Assembly (NCBI GenBank): GCA_963726195.1 | Contig: CAVSBO010000005.1 | Span: 96,001 to 160,000, forward strand | Direction of reading: 5' to 3' | DNA: 64,000 nt | Origin: Candidatus Thorarchaeota archaeon | GTDB taxonomy: Archaea > Asgardarchaeota > Thorarchaeia > Thorarchaeales > Thorarchaeaceae | Part shown: one piece after another, positions 37,586-47,359 of the stretch | How positions within the stretch are numbered: the stretch's first letter is position 1 | How the letters are laid out: each line of letters begins with the position of its first letter | Program-made: the position numbers and the translations under genes | Notes under the pieces: generated by a model | Databases searched by the model: none | Seen by the model: only the letters and a program-made list of their open reading frames with translations | What the model was told of the DNA's origin: nothing

Positions 37586-39329
37586 TCAACGCCCTTCTCG
37601 CGATTCGTTCTCCCGAATCGAGAAGTTGACGAAGACTGTCGCACCATTCTTCATCTCATCGAAATACGCTCGGTCATAAGGCCCGAAAAGATCAGGGAAC
37701 CCTGAGTTGATTGCCCACTCAATCCAGGACCAAGCACTTTCCTGTCCGGCCTTTTCTTCCGCGAATTCACCGAATGACCAGCTCAAGTAGCGCTCAAGTT
37801 CAAATCTGGTATCTAGAAGAGTGCTGGCTTCCTCTTCTGATGAATGAGACGCAGAGTCCTTGACCCTCGCTAGATCCTCGTTCAATGTCTCTCTCGTCGT
37901 TGCTACTAGCTCAGCCAGATCCCACAATGCTGAATTCATTTCGTCGAACCTGCGCTTGCTGCGAAGCTTGGCCATCTTGCCTAGCATGCTGAAAAGCCTT
38001 GGCGAATGCATAACTGAGAGTCCGCGTGCTTTCAAAGCGCCTGCGAGTCTGTTCGTTCCAGGGAGTGTTGAAATAGGCTCGTGGGTATTTTACGAATAAC
38101 GGGAATGGCACATCTAGAGCATTGGCGACGGGTATGACTTGCGCGTAGTAAGCTGCCTCCCCTATCCCTCCAATGTGAACTATGATAGGCAAAACGAAAT
38201 CCATGATTAGTTGTCTGGAATCAACACGGGGTGATAGGCATTCGGCGACGTCGCTTAGATCCGGTTCGTCGGCATCTAGTTCGATGTTAATCTTGTCCCC
38301 ACACGAGGGACATTGACCCGTGAGCGCAACCCTTGAACCCTGCTCGGAGTGTTGTAGTTCTGTCCTGCTTGAATGGCAGGGGGCTTTCTGGCACTCATAA
38401 TAGAACGGAACGTATTCTTCGCCTCTAGAACCCATCCCTGGCCTGAAACCATTCTCGGTGATGAGATTAGTGGCTGCTTCATGTGCCTGCAAGAATATGG
38501 TCCTGTTGGGACGGGCGAGAAGGAATTCCATACCTGCGGTCATCAAGTGTCTGATTCGAGAATCGGAAGCGGGCACGATGGGAATTCCGAGGTCCTGTTC
38601 AATATTGAACAGCCGAGCGAGGATTCTTTCCGACCATTCCCCTAGCATACGAGAGTTGACGAATGCAGACCGTGCGACAGCAAGACAGTGCTCGAGTCGT
38701 TCTTGGAAGAGAGTATGGGCGTTCCCGGACAGAGCTTTGAAGAGCGGTCTATATCCTGCCCGGATTCCTTCCTCAACCTGCGAGTACCAATCGTGATCGG
38801 GTAGGGGTATCGCATGAACTGGAGCGTATTCATACCCCTCTGGGACCGGCAGACTGGCAAGATTGCCAGCCTGTCCTTCAGCTGGCGTTCTTGTGTTCGT
38901 CAGCTCCGGCTGAACGATATCGTAGTCTGCTACGAAGAAGACCGGTGATAGGTCGATGCTTTTCTCGTGTCCGAGTGCAGATATCTTTCTAGCTGAAGCA
39001 GCCTTGTTGAGTATGTAGCAGGGCCCGCCCATCGCAACACTCTGGTGCGATGCTTCGACCACGCCCTCCGGAATGCGCTCAATAGCTGCCTTCACCTTCG
39101 GCGTGAGACCGTTCAGGTGCTGGTTCAGGTCTTCGAGTGCCCTTCGAAGCATCTCCATACGTTCGTTGGTATGCCATCCCATTTTGGCATATGTACTTAC
39201 AATGGCTGGTGCCCTTTCTCCGAAGCCGCCCATTGTCACTACTGGATTATCATAGAGCTTCTCTGCAAGCTCTGCAAATCCCCCTTTCCAGATGAAGTCT
39301 TGATAGACCTCCACAATGCCGAGGTCCAT
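37586..39329 (-). CDS. bshC: Bacillithiol cysteine-adding enzyme BshC homolog, apparent 1-bp insertion near 38048
   Basis: SHQ...GGPCYILNKA, PVFFVADYD, LSPRVDSRQL, IGGIGEAAYYAQV; C-terminal helical part in ORF 37586-38035; adjacent to bshA. Confidence 0.75.
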
Positions 39330-39344
39330 TTCTACTGTCCTCCT

Positions 39345-40517
39345 TCAGCTGGCGATGGCCTCTTCGAATACCTTCTCGTACATGGGCACGATTTTGTCCG
39401 GTGAGAAGTTCTCAACTACTCTCTTCCTCCCGGCCTTGGCAAGCCTGCTGCGAAGGGAATCATTCTCGAGGATTCTGATAACCTCTTGAGCATACTCATC
39501 AGGCTCGAAGGTCTTTGTAACAATCCCATCCACTCCAGAGCGTACTAGTTCCGGCACGCCGCCAGCTGGAGTAGTAACAACTGGTACCTGACATGCCATC
39601 GATTCCAGCAAGACGAGAGGCATACCTTCCAACGTTGAGTTGAGGAGGAATGCGTCCGCGCCGCATAGAATCTCCTGTATATTCGACCTCACACCTAGGA
39701 GGTGAACGTTGTCGCAGAGACCCAGTTTCTCCATTTTTCTTTCGACATCAACCCTGCTGGGTCCTTCTCCAACTACTATTAGATGGGTCTTGGGTAGCTC
39801 ATTAACCACTGTTCGAATGATATCGATGAGATCGGTCACGCGTTTCACTTCTCTGAAGTTAGAAATATGAAGGAGCACCTTCTCATCAGGATCGATGGTC
39901 TTCGTGCTCTCTCCCTTGTTTATCCCGACACAGCCGCTCTCAACTTTGATGCGGCAGCCTTCCATGGGATGAAATTGCTGAATATCCACGAAATTCGGGA
40001 TTACGTGGATTTCTCTTTCTATGCCAAGTGCGTCATACGCCTTTTGCTGGAGGAATCTTGAAACCGCGGTGACCGCGTTCGCTTTCTCTACTGTGAATTG
40101 GACTACCGGTTTGTAGGCCGGGTCGGGCCCAAGTGTGTGAACGTCTGAACCATGCAGAGTGATCACGTAAGGTAGCCCTGCGATTTCTCTTGCCATGTAT
40201 GCCGCCATTGCATGAGGGATTGCATAATGCGCGTGCACCATGTCGAGTTTGGCGTCGTTTGCTACCTTCAGGATCTTCGAAGTCAACGGCATTGTGTAAG
40301 GAGATCCTATGCCGCTGAAGAGTGGATAGTCGAGCCTGTCAACCAAGTCAACGTAAATGCCCGGGGGCTGTTCCCACATTAGTGCGAACGGACGTTGATA
40401 CGTGATGAAGTGTATGATGTGTCCTCGCTGAGTGAGATGCTCTCCGAGTCGAGTTGCTAGATGGCCCGATCCACCGACTCCAGGAAACAGGTTCACACCT
40501 ATGCGCAAATTGCTCAC
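39345..40517 (-). CDS. bshA: GlcNAc-malate synthase BshA (GT4)
   Basis: PGVGGSGHLATRLG...RGH.IHFIT..RPF, YPLF, HAHYAIPHA, TLHGSD, HISNFREVKRV. Confidence 0.88.
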   Translation of the reverse strand: MSNLRIGVNLFPGVGGSGHLATRLGEHLTQRGHIIHFITYQRPFALMWEQPPGIYVDLVDRLDYPLFSGIGSPYTMPLTSKILKVANDAKLDMVHAHYAIPHAMAAYMAREIAGLPYVITLHGSDVHTLGPDPAYKPVVQFTVEKANAVTAVSRFLQQKAYDALGIEREIHVIPNFVDIQQFHPMEGCRIKVESGCVGINKGESTKTIDPDEKVLLHISNFREVKRVTDLIDIIRTVVNELPKTHLIVVGEGPSRVDVERKMEKLGLCDNVHLLGVRSNIQEILCGADAFLLNSTLEGMPLVLLESMACQVPVVTTPAGGVPELVRSGVDGIVTKTFEPDEYAQEVIRILENDSLRSRLAKAGRKRVVENFSPDKIVPMYEKVFEEAIAS

Positions 40518-40666
40518 TCAGTATTGGAAACTCGTTCTTTCCCTTTAAGCGAACTGGTCCAGCAAAGCGGATTTCCAAGAGCACTGTGTCGCTTTCGTGA
40601 ATGCGGACGATCCGTAGATCCAGATAGGTCCAAACCTTGATTAGCCACCCTCTGTGAGTTCCAATC

Positions 40667-41335
40667 ATGACTCCCTCCGACCATGCCTCAATCCTTGTGG
40701 TAGTGGCACATCCTGATGATGAATGCATTGGCGCAGGTGGCACAATCAGGAAGCATGTTGACCAAGGTTTCGAGACCGATGTCTTGTGTTTGACGGGCAA
40801 TGAAGTGCGAAACGCGGAGCTCAAGGCCGCATGCGAGGTACTTGGAGTTAGGGAGGTGTACACGAACGAGCGTGACGACTTTGCCATTGACTGGCCCCTT
40901 GAGCAGGAGATAGTGTCAGCCATACTGAAGTCTCGGCCGTCAGTCATCATCACACATTCTGTGAAGGACTACAACCGAAATCACGTTCGATGCTCGAAGC
41001 TTGTCGCCGATGCCGTCGAATGGGCGTCACACGTGACAATGTACGAGGATGCTGTTCGCGTTGACAGGGTCTATTGCATGGAGATCAACAGCCTGCATTC
41101 ACGACCTAACGTTCTCGTTGATGTGTCCAATTCCTTCGATGCGGCCATGGATGCCCTTCGAAAGCACAGCTCGCAGCTTGAGAAGGCTGATGGCTTCTAC
41201 TCACGATTCTATGATGCAAGAACCCGTCTGCGTGGAGTTCAGGCTGCGTGCGATAGAGCTGAAGCCTTTACGGTCTCGTTTCCTTTTCACGCAGGACCGT
41301 TCTATCGAAGAAATGCGGTCGAGAGTCTGATCTAG
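40667..41335 (+). CDS. bshB: PIG-L/LmbE family deacetylase, BshB-like
   Basis: VVAHPDDECIGAGG, HSSQ, RGVQA...AEAF; divergent from bshA. Confidence 0.75.
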   Translation: MTPSDHASILVVVAHPDDECIGAGGTIRKHVDQGFETDVLCLTGNEVRNAELKAACEVLGVREVYTNERDDFAIDWPLEQEIVSAILKSRPSVIITHSVKDYNRNHVRCSKLVADAVEWASHVTMYEDAVRVDRVYCMEINSLHSRPNVLVDVSNSFDAAMDALRKHSSQLEKADGFYSRFYDARTRLRGVQAACDRAEAFTVSFPFHAGPFYRRNAVESLI

Positions 41336-41347
41336 AAGCTTGAACTA

Positions 41348-41771
41348 CTACCCGGGACCTTCAGCCCCACCTGTGTCTCCCTTCTTCCTTCTTGCAGAAA
41401 GAAGTGACTTCAGTTCTCCCATGAGGTTGCCTCCTGCACCAGCAGGTGCGGCAGCGGGCAGGCGGTGGCGTTGCGGCTTTGGCAGCTGCGCCCTTTGACG
41501 CAGGAGCTGGTCCACCTTGAGCGGGAGCCGATGGACCCGCAGTCTTGGCGCTTGAAATCTTACTGTCGAGTTGGCTGATACGTGCTTCGAGTCCTCCGAC
41601 CTTGGTCTGAAGCTCTGAGACCGTGGTCTGCAGTTCACCGATCACACCAACCAATTTCATCGTGACGGTAGAGACGACTTCTCCGAGCTCACGGATCTTC
41701 TCATCATTGGGGTCCTTTAGTGCCCACTCGAAGTCTTCCATGATTCCCAATTCGTCTTTGTCGTCAGCCAT
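41348..41771 (-). CDS. ~140-aa protein: coiled coil, Pro/Ala linker, WH2/VASP-FAB-like tail; 1-bp insertion near 41457
   Basis: ORFs 41361-41840 and 41348-41638 join to give ...ATPPPAAAAPAGAGGNLMGELKSLLSARRKKG. Confidence 0.7.
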
Positions 41772-41888
41772 GGCACAGACCACTTCTTCAAGTTTCAATG
41801 ACTTGGTTTTGCTATAAACATTACCTGCATATTGAATCATCTACTTGGTACGTGAAGCAAATCGATACCAAAAGGTCCTAGGTTCCGT

Positions 41889-43301
41889 CTAGCGAGTTCG
41901 TTGAATGGCTTCCGCGACGACAGCCTTTGCCCGCTTCATGGTTTCTTCCGCTTGGCGGGGCGTGCGTGCTTCACAAGTGATCCTTACCACGGGCTCCGTG
42001 CCTGAGGGCCTAACTAGTACCCAACCTTCCTTGAGTGATATGCCTAGGCCATCCACCGTCACGACGTCAACAGTATCTCTGAATGCTTCGGGCAGTCTTT
42101 TCGTTACGGCTTGCATCACAGCCGGCTTCAATTCGTCTTGGCACTGCAGCTTCGTTTTCAGAAGAGGATACAGAGGTATTTCCCGAATGAGGTTTCCGAA
42201 CCCCTGTCCTGTGTGTGCCATGAGCTCGAGAATCTTGCATGCAGCAAGGAATGGCTCTGGTGCCAAATGAAACTCGGGAAGAATGAAGACACCACATGCC
42301 TCACCACCCATGGCCGCCTTGGTCTCATTCACCTTCATGGATACTTGTATGTCTCCTACCGGAGTTCTGATTGTGCGTCCCCCCGCCTTTTCCACCGTTT
42401 CATCCAAGACCCGTGAACTGTCGACTGTTGTGACTATCGTCTTGCTGCTCGATGTCTTCAAGGTCTCTCTCGCCAAGAGTGCTATTGTTCTGTCTCCTCT
42501 CACAACTTCACCGGTCTCCGTCACGAAAACAACTCTGTCAGAATCGCCGTCATGAGCTATGCCGAGATTCGCCCCTGTCTCTGGAACCATCCGTGCGAGG
42601 TCTTTCAGCGTCTCTTCATCTGGTTCGGAGATTCGCCCTGGAAAGAACCCATCCGGCTGTCCATTGATTGTGATAACCTTGCATCCCAGTTCCCTCATGA
42701 GGTATGGTGTCATTGCGCATGCGGCGCCGTTGCCCGGATCGACAACCACTTTGTAGGCCCTTTTTCTGATTAGGTCCCCGTCGCATCTCGACATCACTGC
42801 TTCCATGTGTTCCGTTACTGCACTCTCGAGGGTTTCTTCGGCACCCAGCTGATTCCATGCCGCGACCTTGAACTCGCGAGAATCATAGAGATTCTCAACT
42901 CTTTCTTCTTCTTCCGGAGTGTAGCCCATGCTGTTTCGAGACCAAAACTTGACGCCCGTATACTCTGGGGGATTGTGAGACGCAGTGACCGTAACTCCAG
43001 CATCGTAGCCGTGACTCATTGCGACGAAAGCAAGCGTGGGAGTTGGCAACATGCCCGCCCTGACCACGTTTGTTCCAGTGGAAAGCAAACCAGCCGAGAA
43101 AGCATCAGCCACCATGCGTCCAGTCGTTCGCACGTCGTGCGCCAAGGCAACCGTCCCTCCATTGAGATACGTGCCAAGCGACTTGCCGAGATTCAGTGCC
43201 ATCGCGAGGTCAAACTCCGATCCGTAGACCTTCCTGACTCCGGTTGTGCCGAACAGCTTTCCCAAACTGCTTTCCCGAATCGTTCCCAAGCGACACTGCA
43301 A
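41889..43301 (-). CDS. glmM: Phosphoglucosamine mutase / phosphohexomutase
   Basis: LFGTTGVR, TASHNP, HDGDSDR, VRPSGTEP; exact start and substrate uncertain. Confidence 0.85.
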   Translation of the reverse strand: MQCRLGTIRESSLGKLFGTTGVRKVYGSEFDLAMALNLGKSLGTYLNGGTVALAHDVRTTGRMVADAFSAGLLSTGTNVVRAGMLPTPTLAFVAMSHGYDAGVTVTASHNPPEYTGVKFWSRNSMGYTPEEEERVENLYDSREFKVAAWNQLGAEETLESAVTEHMEAVMSRCDGDLIRKRAYKVVVDPGNGAACAMTPYLMRELGCKVITINGQPDGFFPGRISEPDEETLKDLARMVPETGANLGIAHDGDSDRVVFVTETGEVVRGDRTIALLARETLKTSSSKTIVTTVDSSRVLDETVEKAGGRTIRTPVGDIQVSMKVNETKAAMGGEACGVFILPEFHLAPEPFLAACKILELMAHTGQGFGNLIREIPLYPLLKTKLQCQDELKPAVMQAVTKRLPEAFRDTVDVVTVDGLGISLKEGWVLVRPSGTEPVVRITCEARTPRQAEETMKRAKAVVAEAIQRTR

Positions 43302-43434
43302 AAAAACCTGCCTGCGGCTTCTTGGTGATGAATTTCGCCTGTGTTGCGCGAAAGCTTATTAGAAGCTAAGAATCCTAAGCGGTTTGAAAAAATCTCCGCG
43401 GCGTTCTGCATATCGTGAATCGGGGTTATCCGTG

Positions 43435-43995
43435 ATGAGTAGCACTTATGACCGACTGTACAAGATTGTGGTGCTCGGGGAGGGGGCAGTGGGCAAAACT
43501 GCGATTGTGACCCGATTCTCGCACGGCTTCTTCAGAACTGACTACAAGACGACGATTGGTTCTCAGTTTGCGGTGAAGAACTTAGACATCAAGACCAACG
43601 AGAACAGAAGACTGACTGTCAAGCTGCAGATCTGGGATGTGGCCGGCCAGTCGCGTTTTGCGATTCTTCGACCAATGTACTACCGAGGTGCAAGTGGCGG
43701 AGTTCTCGTATATGATGTGACTAGGCGTCGCACGTTCATCGTATTGCACGAGTGGCTCGATGAACTCCATAAAGCGATTAACAAGACTATACCTCTCGTA
43801 CTTGTCGCAAACAAGACCGATCTCACAGATCGCGTTGTTACGCCGGCTGAGGGCAGGGAATTTGCAGACAAGCATAGCCTGCCTTACGTAGAGTCCTCTG
43901 CAAAGACTGGCGAAGGTGTTATCGACATATTCGAACAGCTTGCGAAGACTCTTGCTGAGGAACACGAGCACGAAGACGAGTCCAATACATCATAA
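43435..43995 (+). CDS. Rab-like small GTPase
   Basis: GEGAVGKT, TTIG, WDVAGQ, NKTD, SAK; RabF-like KLQIW, YYRGA, LVYDVT; no C-terminal Cys. Confidence 0.93.
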   Translation: MSSTYDRLYKIVVLGEGAVGKTAIVTRFSHGFFRTDYKTTIGSQFAVKNLDIKTNENRRLTVKLQIWDVAGQSRFAILRPMYYRGASGGVLVYDVTRRRTFIVLHEWLDELHKAINKTIPLVLVANKTDLTDRVVTPAEGREFADKHSLPYVESSAKTGEGVIDIFEQLAKTLAEEHEHEDESNTS

Positions 43996-44070
43996 CGCAC
44001 ATCCAGTTCTCAGTTCGTTTTGACTGCACAGTCAGGAATATCAGGCAATCTCCTCTGAGTGATTCCGAAC

Positions 44071-44676
44071 ATGACAAAACCTGACGAGTACTACGCTGCC
44101 AACGTAATCCCTCCGATTGCTTGGGCACTTGACCTGTACTTCAAGCAGGGCCATCGCCCTAAGGATGCACCTGTCGTCGAGATTTCGTTCCCTGCTGGAC
44201 AGCACAAAGAAGCACTTCGGACGCTGGGCAAGCACGAAATTGCGGTCTGGATTTCCAAACAGGAGGTTTTCGTTAGACCCCGATGCTCTTACGATAAGGA
44301 CTGCAAGTTCATGGGGCCGCGGATTGACGCTCGAGACAGGGAGGCTGTCAAGGCACTGGCGTGGGACAAGACGGACAAAACCAAGTTCTTCAAGACGATT
44401 CGCGACTGGCTACTTGAACTCAACCTGGACTTTACCACCCTGGTCAGGGCTCTGGTTACCGTGTGTGACAGAATGGTGACGATTCCTCTCACTACGCGGT
44501 ATGGCAAGACCTTTGACAAGTTCGACGATTACAGGCGCCACAAATGGCCCGAGGATGCGACACCGGATGACAAGCCGCGTCTTCTTGAAGAAGTGCTTTT
44601 CAGGGTTGCATTCTGGTTTCAGACAGCAGCTGATGTCGGGGCGCTGAAGAACGCTCAGGTCAATCGACACTCATAA
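44071..44676 (+). CDS. Hypothetical protein downstream of the GTPase
   Basis: ~200-aa soluble ORF, no family recognised. Confidence 0.75.
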   Translation: MTKPDEYYAANVIPPIAWALDLYFKQGHRPKDAPVVEISFPAGQHKEALRTLGKHEIAVWISKQEVFVRPRCSYDKDCKFMGPRIDARDREAVKALAWDKTDKTKFFKTIRDWLLELNLDFTTLVRALVTVCDRMVTIPLTTRYGKTFDKFDDYRRHKWPEDATPDDKPRLLEEVLFRVAFWFQTAADVGALKNAQVNRHS

Positions 44677-44720
44677 GACCGCTTTCTGCGGGACGACAAT
44701 GGACAAGTTGTGGGATTGCC

Positions 44721-45842
44721 ATGATACTTGGTTTGCTTGTCAACCCAATAGCTGGAATGGGCGGCCGTGTCGGGCTTAAGGGAACAGACGGAGTCGTCGA
44801 CGAGGCGGTCAGAAGAGGTGCGACACAGGTGGCTCCCGGCCGTGCTGTCGAGTTCTTGGAGACCCTATCTTCGTTGAAGCTCTCAGGTGTTGAGCTGACA
44901 ACCTGTCCGGGAATAATGGGTGCGGAAATCTGCAGGCGGGCAGGTATCGAGCACAAGACCGTCAAAATCAAACTGGGACCCAAGACCGATGCCAAAGACA
45001 CCGTTCGTTGTGTCAGAGCTTTGTATGAATCGGGCGTGCGGCTGTTGGTATTCGTGGGGGGAGACGGGACTGCAAGAGATATCCTTGACGCAGTGAAAGT
45101 CGGGAATTTGTCAGACCTTCTCGTTCTGGGCGTCCCGTCTGGGGTTAAGATGTACAGCGGTATGTTTGTTGTCAACCCACGCGATGCAGCTGAAGTCGTG
45201 AGGCTGGTGAATGAAGGCGCAACGGGCACCACTGAGTTTGAGGTGATGGACGCCGATGAAGCCGCCATTAGGCAGGACCGATTCATCGTGCAGCTCTACG
45301 GTTATCTCACAGGACCATCAGTTCCAGCTCGGTTTCAAGGCTCCAAGCAAGTTAGCCCGGAGACCGTGGATGAACATGAGGCCCAGGAGGCCATAGCAAA
45401 GTACGTGATTGATTCGATGCCACAAGGCCAGACGCTCATTCTAGGTCCGGGAACCACAATCAAAGCGCTCACGGACCTTCTCAAGATAAGGAAGACGACA
45501 CTTGGTGTCGACCTGTTTCAGGACGGTGTTGTGTACAACGATGTCAACGAGTCGAGGATACTGGAAGTCGTCAAAGACTTTGCGAAAGTGTGGATCGTTG
45601 TGTCACCTATAGGCCACCAAGGTGTCTTGTTCGGACGAGGCAATCAGCAGATTAGCCCAAACATAATTCAACGTGTAGGCCGTGACAACATACGCGTTCT
45701 GTGTACCGCGTCCAAACTGAGAGGTATCGAAGACGGCACACTAAAGGTGGACACCGGTGACCCCTCCGTGGACAAGCTTCTTCGTGGCTACATAAGGGTC
45801 ATTACTGATTATAGTGAGATGCGTCTCGTGAAGATAGAATAG
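44721..45842 (+). CDS. ATP-NAD kinase family protein
   Basis: VNPIAGMGGRVGLKGTDG, GGDGTARD, GVKMYSG, GRGNQQIS. Confidence 0.88.
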   Translation: MILGLLVNPIAGMGGRVGLKGTDGVVDEAVRRGATQVAPGRAVEFLETLSSLKLSGVELTTCPGIMGAEICRRAGIEHKTVKIKLGPKTDAKDTVRCVRALYESGVRLLVFVGGDGTARDILDAVKVGNLSDLLVLGVPSGVKMYSGMFVVNPRDAAEVVRLVNEGATGTTEFEVMDADEAAIRQDRFIVQLYGYLTGPSVPARFQGSKQVSPETVDEHEAQEAIAKYVIDSMPQGQTLILGPGTTIKALTDLLKIRKTTLGVDLFQDGVVYNDVNESRILEVVKDFAKVWIVVSPIGHQGVLFGRGNQQISPNIIQRVGRDNIRVLCTASKLRGIEDGTLKVDTGDPSVDKLLRGYIRVITDYSEMRLVKIE

Positions 45843-45898
45843 AGCCTCTTGCGTTCTGTGTCTTGGATTATTGGTACTATTGTTCTACATTGGTTTCC

Positions 45899-47266
45899 CT
45901 ATTTTGTGACTTCCTGCAAGCATTCCTCGAACACTTCGAGGACCCTGTCCACTTGTTCTTCCGTGATTGTGAGAGGCGGCTTGAATTTGATCACATTGCG
46001 CAAGTCATAGCCCCAAGGGGACAAACTAGGCATATTATAATCAAATATCACACCACGTTTCCAACCCTCTTCGATGAAGTTGTTCGCCGCCTCAACTGCA
46101 GGGGTCTTGGTCTTCGGGTCCTCAACAAGCTCAACTCCCTTGTAGAGTCCCGGGCAGCGCACGTCTCCAATAATCGGATATTTCTCTTGAAGCTCAAGGA
46201 TGCCCTTCTTGAATTTGTCTCCGAGTATCTTGCTTCTCTGCAGCAGCTTTTTTCTCTTGATGATTTCGATATTCACCAATGACGCCGCGAACATAACAGG
46301 GTTAGAGCCGAACGTAGAATGCTCCTCGGACTCAGTGAATCCGACGATATCGCCGCGTGTAAGTATTGCACCCATGGGGACTCCGCCAGCAATCGCCTTG
46401 GTCAGGCACATGACATCGGGCCGCATGTTGTGCAAGTCCGAGGCACACCATTCTCCAACTCTACCAAAACCGGTCTGTGCTTCGTCGAATATCAGCAGGG
46501 CATCAATCTCTTCACAAATCTCCTTGAGCGCTTTCAGGTATTCAGTATGCGCTTCGATATGTCCGCCAGGTCCACTTATTGGCTCTAGAAGGATACCTGC
46601 TACAGGACCTGTTACACCATGCTTGATGGTCTGTTTCACAAACTCCGCACAGACTCCTGTACAGTCCTCCTTCTCTCTGTCGTGCCCAAGGTAGCATCTA
46701 TAGCAGTACGGGTAAGGAACTTTGACGAAATGCTCTCTTCCAAAGCCGGGGAATCGTGTGGCTGTGGGCATGTAAGCACTTGCAGCCAGTGTTCCTAGGG
46801 ACGCACCATGGTACGCTCGCCAAGTCGTGATGAATGTGTCTGCGCCGTTCTTGCGGAGCATGGCTACCTTCATGGCCGCCTCGACCGCTGCTCCTCCACC
46901 CATGTTGTTGAAGCTCGCCCGCGGCATCTTGAATAGCTTCGTGAGTTCGTTAAGCAGCTTCAGCCGAGGCACTGTCGGGAACCCATACCTAACGTGAGAG
47001 AGACGCTGCATCTGAAGAGCCGCAACGTATGCAATATCGGGGTCGCAGAATCCGATGTTCAATGTCCAAGCTTGTGATGTGCAGTCGATGTACTCGTTTC
47101 CCTTGAGGTCTCTGATGACAGCTCCGCCCGGTTCTCCCTCAAACATGATCTTGTCTTTGAGCGGAGTCAGTGAGTGTTCCTCAGCCTCCTTGATCTCTTC
47201 GTCTGTGATTTCGGTTATCATTTCCTCTATTTCGTCTTCAGTCAGGGTCACGGGCTTAAGCTTCAT
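45899..47266 (-). CDS. Class III aminotransferase
   Basis: FDEAQTGFGRVG, PDVMCLTKAIAGG, STFGSNP. Confidence 0.92.
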   Translation of the reverse strand: MKLKPVTLTEDEIEEMITEITDEEIKEAEEHSLTPLKDKIMFEGEPGGAVIRDLKGNEYIDCTSQAWTLNIGFCDPDIAYVAALQMQRLSHVRYGFPTVPRLKLLNELTKLFKMPRASFNNMGGGAAVEAAMKVAMLRKNGADTFITTWRAYHGASLGTLAASAYMPTATRFPGFGREHFVKVPYPYCYRCYLGHDREKEDCTGVCAEFVKQTIKHGVTGPVAGILLEPISGPGGHIEAHTEYLKALKEICEEIDALLIFDEAQTGFGRVGEWCASDLHNMRPDVMCLTKAIAGGVPMGAILTRGDIVGFTESEEHSTFGSNPVMFAASLVNIEIIKRKKLLQRSKILGDKFKKGILELQEKYPIIGDVRCPGLYKGVELVEDPKTKTPAVEAANNFIEEGWKRGVIFDYNMPSLSPWGYDLRNVIKFKPPLTITEEQVDRVLEVFEECLQEVTK

Positions 47267-47359
47267 CGAGTATTCCTCCTGAATGCCAACCTCTCACAGA
47301 GCTCGTCACCAATTATTAACTCTGATGGGCGGCCTCGGTGCAAGAAAGCAATAGTCCTG

